The translations under genes and the position numbers were made by a program. A stretch of 40,822 nt of DNA from Amoebophrya sp. A120 (Eukaryota; Protista; Dinoflagellata), in assembly GCA_905178155.1 (NCBI GenBank), contig CAJINV010000005.1, positions 1 through 40,822 of the forward strand. The letters run 5' to 3'. Shown here piece by piece: positions 33,848 through 40,822 of the stretch (positions are counted from its first letter, which is position 1; each line of letters opens with the position of its first letter). The notes beneath the pieces were generated by a model. The model saw only the letters and a program-made list of their open reading frames with translations. It was not told where the DNA came from and ran no database searches.

Positions 33848-36800
33848 TTACTCCGGCGCAGCAGCATGTTGTCCGCCTACGTTTTCATCCCGCACTTGGG
33901 CTTCTGGTGTCCCCTCACGTCTTCTCTTGGCCTCCGTGCCGACAACATTACCTCCATCCGAACCTGGACTTTCTGCACCTCCCGCAGTTTGAAGATTTGC
34001 AGCAGCGGCCTTCGTTTGTATCTTGTCAAGTTTCTGCGCATTTTTCCCTATTCCTGCATATTCAGACGCGGCGACATCATCCCGGCCCGGCGGTTTCCAG
34101 CCGCCCGTGTGTCGCAAATCCAGGTGGATAGCCGCGCAGAGACGGAACAACGCGACGCACTCTTCCCTGCGCTCTTCGGTCTTCGCGTCGGAAATTTCGA
34201 AAATGGCACTGTGTTGTGTGTTTGGCATGAATATGTAAATGGCAAAAAATACGAGCAAAAAGTAAAGAGGAATTCTCATTGAAGCATTTTTTTCAATACT
34301 CAAAGTTCTCCTTTTCGCAGACGTGGTTTCGCGTCGACTCTCCCTTGTCAATAGTGACCGCTTCTTGCTCGCCGGGTTCGCGTTCAGCCGCGTCGCCCTC
34401 GGTGGCGGATGACGATTTCGACTGCTGCTGCGTGCCACTTGATGGGTCCGATGAACCTGCAGCGATAGGAAACCAGTACAGATCATCAGCGGTCTCTCGT
34501 CCAGTCAGCATGCGTAGCAGGCCAAAGCTATCCGGATGCGGCAGAAGTGGCGTTACCCAGACATCGTCTTCCGCCGCCTCGTACTGTGAACCAAACTCCG
34601 CTGCCAAGTGTGCCTTTAGCGCTGCCCGGTCGGAGAATATTTGCCCAGGGGGGCAGACGTGATCCTGTCTTGGCGGAAGTCGGTTCAGATGAATCGTCCG
34701 GCGCGGGCGAAACGCACGCTCTGCATGCAAGCTTGCAGCTTTGATTAGCCGATCCTTTGGTGTTCGACCACGTTGTGGCAGGACCAGCGCGGGATCAACG
34801 GGCGACAGAATGTACTCGCTGACGTCCTTGAAAAATTCCTTGGCGAGACTTGGATCTGCGGCCGCGTCTTGCAGCGGCGGGGCGTACGCTGGATCAAATA
34901 TTGATGACGTGGTTGCGACTAAATCGAGCTCCTCGAGATACCAGTGCACCGAAACCCGAGGCGCTCCACAGCGAATCGCAATCGCACAAAGCCATTGGGC
35001 AAGAAAAGCAGTATGAAGCTCCTCGTCGCGACTGGCTCCGACCGAAATTCCGCTTCCACTCGGCCGCGAAGTGCCCGCAGCAAAAAGGCTTGCTGCTGAC
35101 GCCGCAGACAAGACCGGAATGGAGAACGGAGGCTCTGGGCGTGGTGTGCCCGATCGGGATGCTACGCTTGTGGCGAGAAGTTCCGCTTGCTCGGCGTGTC
35201 CTAGGAGCTGCAGATCTGCAAACCGGTAGCCGTGCCGCAGTGGAAATACCAGCTGCCAGTGAAAATCAACAGCGGACAGCACCTCGTCCCTCTTCCACTG
35301 CGCCACCCAGAATGTCTCCTCACAGCGCCAGGGATTCATTCCGGAAGCCCCAGCAGGACAAAAAAGCGGATTCCCCTTTTCGACATCGACGCGTTCACGT
35401 GGTTCGTCGCTGAATAGGCTCGCAGCCCTTTCTCGTCCGACGATTAAATACCTCAACGTTTGAAGGAGGGCGTTGTACATCTTTCGCCGATTTTCACTTT
35501 GCCAGCTTGAAACTTTGTTGCTGGTGCTCGAGCTGATGCTGATCTCGTTCATTTCGTAATATGCACGTCCGAAAAATGCCTCGCACAACAACCTCGTCGG
35601 TCGTTGAGCTTACAGGAAGGAAAAACAAGACTGCCTGGTTTACTATACTTACAATTTAGATGTTGTGGCATCGCCTGAACTGACTGTAGCTGCTTCAGCT
35701 ACTGCATGCAATTCCAAGTCGATGCACTATGCACATAGGGCAAATTTCAAATGCGGTTTTCGTGGCGAGTTGTCGTGGCGTTTCTTCTTGTTTGTGATTG
35801 CGAGATCTTCCTTGCATTTTCAAAGGCACCTTGTAAGCACGATAAGTACGAAGTAACAGAGTTGAATCAAGATTCCATAAGGGTGGAGCAAGGTAGCAGA
35901 GCGGGCACGGCGAGGCTTTGTTGTGCTCTGCGTTTTTCACTTCGCCTGCCGCGTCGAGCTTGTGATACCGCTCAAAGTCAGACACTGTAGCGGCCAACGG
36001 AAAAGGAAACAGGTGCTGCATTTTCCTCACAATCTTCCCCATCTCTTTGAACTCGTAACCGTAGCGGATGCTCTCACCAGAACAGTTTACCCAATAGACT
36101 GTAAGGGCATCCAGAATCTCCAAACGGCACTGCAGCGGACAGCGGTGTCTGGGATTTCGTGGCTCGAGTTTGCCGCGTAGGACGGTCTTGAGCATCTCTC
36201 CGCGTGTGGCCGTCCAGTCACGCGCATTTCTGTCCTCCAGCCACCGGCGCTTCTGTACACGCAACGCGCCGTCCCAACTTCGAGGAAGAAGAAAATCCAC
36301 ACTCTCTGTATAACAAGCTCAGAAATTAAATTTGAAAAAAAGTTTTAGCTCACCTTCTTAGCTAAAATTCATTGTAATTTAGGTTGATGTTTAAACTGGA
36401 TAGCTCAGCAGGCTTCTGGCGCATTGCGGATGCGTGCATCCGCAAGACGCCAGGAGCCTGCTGGCTAAAACACATTTTGAAAATTTAATTTCTGAGCTTT
36501 TTATACTCCGCTATCAGTTGCTGCTTGTCAGCAACGGTGGTCGACATCGCATTGAACTCATCCTCAAGACACCCGTCAGTCTGCGACCGCTTCGTATCTC
36601 TTTCCTGTTTAATATCTCTGAGCCGTTGATCACGTTGTCGCCCGTCCTCGAATCGATCGGCATTCGGATGCTTCATTCTCGCTTTATGAACTTTCTCCGC
36701 TTCTTCGGCCTGCTGCCACGCTTCCGCGTTCCAAACTGCCTCGTCGATCTGGCGAAAGTCCGGTATGTTCACCCGCTGGCAGGCAGGCGGCACAATCAAC

Positions 36801-39800
36801 TCGATTACGCCGAGTTGCCCGAGAGGAATTTTCAACCACCGCTGTTGTTTCGACTCAGCCTTAGCAAGAGCAGCAACAGATCCTTTTTTTCTTTTGTTGT
36901 GTTCCAGCAAGGTAACAAAAGTGGACCGCTGCTCCATTTCATAATTATAGGAGCGAAATGGCAGCGACATCACCAGCGGGTTCTCGTGTACGCCTTTCTC
37001 TTCATCTGTATCAAGATCGAAGTTGGTATACACCAAGTGGCGATTCAGGGATCTGCCGTCACTTCCCTCCGACGACCTAAAACTGCTGACCACTCCAGCA
37101 ACCGTGCGGCTCTCTGGTCCACACGGAAGAGATGAAAAGTCGCACGAGCCACCAAGGCCGGCTCGTTTATTACTGATGCTGGTTGGTGAGATCGCCTTCG
37201 CCACGGAAAAATCCTTCTGAAACCCGTATGCCTTCTGCTGATCCAGTTGGGAAAGGGAGTTCTTGCCAGCAGAGAGCGTGTCACCATAGTCCTTGCAGCT
37301 GTCCATAAACTGTTGAAGATGCGCCAGAGCCGCTCGGTCAGCATTGCCATCGTCTGCGTCAGTCAAAAAGCCGTCTGGTCCCTCGGAGTCAAAAAGCGGC
37401 AGCGCCAAAGCATCCTCCACCATCTGCAGTCGCGATCCGCACACCAGAGCCAGTGCCCTGCTACTTGATGCTTCAGGGGGAGGGTGAAAGCTGTCGGCCT
37501 TGGGCTTTCTTGAAAGCTGAAGCTGCGTGCGCCAGCGGGCGGGGGGCAAGCGGTCGAGTGCTTCAAAATCACCGCCACGCATAGAGTCCGCGTCGAGGCT
37601 AAACTCAAATTGGGTTTTTTCAAAGCCAGGGAACTCCACGGTCGGAAAAATGCGTGGTCGGTAGTGTACTGCTGCAGGATGCACGGATTGTCGGCCTGCT
37701 TCTAGCAAGGTTGTTTCTCGCTCTTTCTCTAGAGACTGTTTCGCAATGGCCGGTCGGTCTTGTGGCTGGAGAAGAGCGGCCTTCTTGTTGGTCGACACTG
37801 TACCGCAATCCACAGGCCCGTTAGTGTGTGGCTCAGAATTGCCATCAGGCTTGTCTTCGGGGATGAAGCCGAGCTGTTGCTGGGCGACGCTCTCAGCGAT
37901 CAGTTTATCGCATTGACGGAGTCGCTGCGCTTGGTGCGGCTTGAGTGGCTGATCGGGGCCGTCGCTGCGCAGCGGAAAAATATCCAGGTTGCAATACCGT
38001 TCATATGACGGAAACACTACGGACCCCCCGCCCGACATGAACTTCTGGTTGTCCCAGAGCTTCTGCAATTCTGCTCTCAGCCGCTGTGCCTGACAGGTTT
38101 GATCGTCATCGTTGTCAAAAGTGAGACGCCAGTGCGTGCCATCAAAATCGTAGATAGCATCTGGTCTCGTCGCCATACTGCCTTCTCGCTCGTACGACCG
38201 GGATACGGCGGATTCGCTGAATCCCTTCTCCAGCAGCCTCCGCCGCTCCTCCTTTATAACGATTTCCAACAGATTGGGGCGCTTGCGGTCGTTACCCTCA
38301 ACGTGGTGGCGGAGATCAAACTGCAACTTCTGGCTATCAAACACCTTCGACTTCGCCTTCTCTGGGACGCACTGTTGCAGCGTTGGCAAAAGTTCGCGCA
38401 GTAGTGGCCATCTATCTGGGAGTGGGATTTCCTCTCGAACTCGCAGAATGCGAAACACACCGATGGCACAGTGTCCCTTGAAATGTGCACGGTATGTCGC
38501 TGGGTTCTTGATATCCGCCCCCCGAACAAGCCCAACCAGGTGCAGATTCCGCGCAATATCAGAAACCACCGTCGTAGGTGTAGCTTGAGCGCCAGCGTCA
38601 CGGTCCCGGTCACTCTGGTTCTGCATATGTTCTCCGCATCGGTCATCCTTCGTCTCACAATCGATGTTCTCATGGTCGCTGACAGCAGCCTTGTCTTTTC
38701 CATCGCCACAGAGGTGTTGGAAACTTAGCGGCACTTCATTGCGGGACACGGCTGCCGGGAGGTATTCAGCACTGTCGCCGGCCGCAAGCGTGGAATGTCC
38801 TGAAAGGTGGAAGCTCGTCTGAAGTGACCCGTCCATATCTGCAGAGGCCGTGTGGGCGTCGCTCCACAAACCCGGAAAACAGACCAAGAGCGTCCCCGCT
38901 GTACGGAACCGGTTGTCGTTAAGCTCTCGTAGCACGTCACAATCGGCCTCAGGGTAGTACTCGCTGGGCATCTGCCAACGACCATAACCAAAACCGTATG
39001 CCCCCTTTTCTGCGCTCATATTTTCAATGTCGCTGTACGGGGATTTGTCGCCGACATTCGAAAAAACTGCGCCGGCTTTGGCTGCGTAGCGCACTTTCAT
39101 CGCTTCATAGTCAGCCGTCTCGTCGTCTGTTTTCTCGTCATCCAACTGATCGCTCGCCCGCTTCTTGTTGAGCTTCTGCGCAACGTAGTTCCGCTTCGTA
39201 GTGTCAGAAACGTAGTGATGCTGCCACGCGTCATCTGGAACCACCTGCGCAGCGCGATCATCCGGCTGGTCGTGCATCCCTCCAGCGTCTAGGCGTGCAA
39301 ATTCGAGCTCCACCGGATACGGATAATCTAGCTCCCTTTGCAGCCGCTCAGCAACGCCGGCCTCCTGTAGGACGTCGGCGAGGTGTTTGGTTCCACACGA
39401 AATGTCGACCTCTCTGCTCGCGAGTGACCTTGTCAACAGGTGGCGCCGCTTCGCCTTCGCCGGCGTGGTGACGTCAGAAATAAAAAGCTCCTCCTGGTGG
39501 TCCTCGCACGCCGTCAACCCCGGAAAAAGAATTGACGGGTTGGGGTGCCAGAACAAGTCGTCATTTCCAGCAAGGTAGTTGCAGCTGCGCGCCTTCCCAT
39601 TTTCGGTTTTGCCACCCATAGTCTCATCGTACAGCGCACAAAAGAATTCGCGGTCGATTTTTTTCATTTTCTGTAGCAGCGGCTGCACACGCGACTCCTG
39701 CTCCTCCGCAATGACATCCTTGATGAAGTCTTGCACGTGAGAACGCGCCTCCCGAAGGGCGTACCAGGCTTCGAAACTATCTGCGTTGTCCTCTTTGCCA

Positions 39801-40090
39801 TTTTCCGAGAGAGCGCTTGCGTTTTTGCCGTCCGCGGTTTGCTGCTCTGCTTTGCTGCGAAGGTCTCGCGTGACTTCGCGTTGTCTGTCCTCATGTACTC
39901 CTTCGAGCAACGTGCAAAGAGGCGGTCGAACCAGGTCGAACCCTTCGCCAGTACTCTTCAGCGTCACCCGCGGAATATCCGCAACGGGGACAGTGAAGGT
40001 CGTGCAGAAATTTCCGCCAACGCCAGCCAGCGTGCGTTCCAGCACGTTCAGCCCTTTTTGCGTCTCGTCCTCCTCGGTAACCTCTGTCAT
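33848..40090 (-). CDS. Family A paralog A4 (~1,870 aa), four exons
   Basis: ORFs 36485..40090, 35695..36300, 34293..35591 and the distal part of 33848..34486 carry the A motifs in order. Model exons 40090-36507, 36307-35926, 35579-34300 and 34208-33848 total 5607 nt, divisible by 3. Confidence 0.83.
34209..34299 (-). other. Canonical phase-2 GT-AG last intron of A4
   Basis: GA|GTATTG...ACACAG|T GCC joins ORF 34293..35591 to the frame carrying AAIHLDLRHTGGWKPP. Confidence 0.75.
35580..35925 (-). mobile_element. Introner-like non-canonical intron with IR and GAG direct repeat (A4)
   Basis: IR gcacaacaa 35583-35591 / ttgttgtgc 35918-35926, extended by cctcg/cgagg. GAG occurs on both sides in coding frame, and removal fuses the two ORFs (KNAE|AFFG). 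Confidence 0.65.
36308..36506 (-). mobile_element. Introner-like intron with 26-bp terminal inverted repeats (A4)
   Basis: + strand 36308-36333 gtataacaagctcagaaattaaattt is the reverse complement of 36481-36506 aaatttaatttctgagctttttatac at 25/26 positions. Excision at the IR ends (GT...AC) is in frame. Confidence 0.8.
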
Positions 40091-40822
40091 GCTGCCGGGA
40101 TTTGTGCGCCCGCACGGGTGAAAGGACCCAACTACGAGATGCGTGAAGGCGTGGCAGGAGGTGCAGCGTACAAGTCTAGAGACACGAAGTGAAGTTGAAG
40201 ATGCTTCTTCTGCGACGCCGCATAGCGCCGGCGAAGGGTATCGCTAGTTACGAAACTGATACTCGCAAACTGCTCTTGACATCACCAGACGACGCACTAA
40301 TCAGAAGAGTGCAACTACTAGAAGACGGCCAACTCGTGACTTTTCAACAGCCTTACATTTGAATAAGTATTGTTCTTTTTTTTAAAAAAAAAAAAACGCG
40401 GCAAACAAGAAAGAAACTGACACACAAAGGTGGCACAGATAGGAGTGAGGCGCACGTACGACAATCAGGAACAGAGTCGGATGATGATGGAGACTGAACA
40501 GAACAGCTACATTCATATCGTCAAAGAACACTTTGCTTTCATCTCTAACAGCCACCGCATTCACCTTATGGTTACGTTAATTTCCTTCACGGCGAGTATC
40601 GATAAAGTGGTGGGCGAGGGCGAAACACTAGCAACAGCTAGCCGCCCTTTTTGTTATGTAGTTGGTGTCCGCGACACCTCGAGCCAGTATGCACATGGAG
40701 ACGTGACGGCGCCAGCCGCGGGCCCCCTGCAGGGAAGATCATGGGCAAGCAGCTGCCGCAGCAGGCTACCCCCATGTCATCGATTTCGTGCAAACCTTTG
40801 CACGCACGTGTGGGCAAGGTCC

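Larger units (their letters stand above)
3292..40090 (-). repeat. Diverged tandem array of a two-gene unit (A4-B3-A3-B2-A2-B1-A1)
   Basis: Strict alternation of two protein families. A starts lie at 10431, ~20896, 31260 and 40090. I see the similarity at protein-motif level, not as long DNA repeats. Confidence 0.93.

Noticed and set aside
55-40192. Numerous + strand ORFs (e.g. 57..707, 4237..4983, 26575..27426, 36434..37135) and off-frame minus ORFs
   Set aside because: They overlap the GC-rich minus-strand genes as antisense or alternate-frame shadows, have no motifs and are not conserved between repeat units.
40600-40822. GC-rich right edge as a possible fourth B gene end; small hairpin cgtgcaaa/tttgcacg
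   Set aside because: None of the three minus frames gives the B C-terminal motif convincingly, and there is too little sequence to call.
1-40822. CRISPR arrays, rRNA/tRNA genes, transposase or reverse transcriptase ORFs
   Set aside because: I saw no regularly spaced repeats, RNA gene signatures or DDE/RT motifs by eye; any enzyme mobilising the IR introns is not evident in this window.

Overview
Eukaryotic protist DNA. Every gene I can support lies on the minus strand; the long + strand ORFs are antisense shadows. In transcription order (right to left) the window holds an alternating tandem array A4-B3-A3-B2-A2-B1-A1 with a repeat unit of about 9-10.5 kb. Family A encodes roughly 1,900-2,300 aa spliced proteins. 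Their N-terminal half reads as an insertion-riddled, probably catalytically degenerate 2OG-Fe(II) dioxygenase-like domain, and their C-terminal half is a conserved domain I do not recognise. Family B encodes intronless 420-490 aa proteins with an apparent ubiquitin-like fold split by an acidic insert. Downstream are a 55-aa cationic small ORF and the 5' part of a GH47 class I alpha-1,2-mannosidase; the ORF track misses both. The strongest signal is in the introns. All four A paralogs share one canonical phase-2 GT-AG intron before the last exon. The five paralog-specific internal introns of A2-A4, plus a candidate at the A2 start, carry inverted repeats at or near their ends. Most also have short direct repeats and model best with non-GT-AG ends, and the stem mismatches are mostly G-U wobbles on the transcribed strand. 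This resembles the non-canonical introner-type introns described in the parasitic dinoflagellate Amoebophrya; the taxon is inferred, not shown. All splice models were derived by hand and need RNA-seq.
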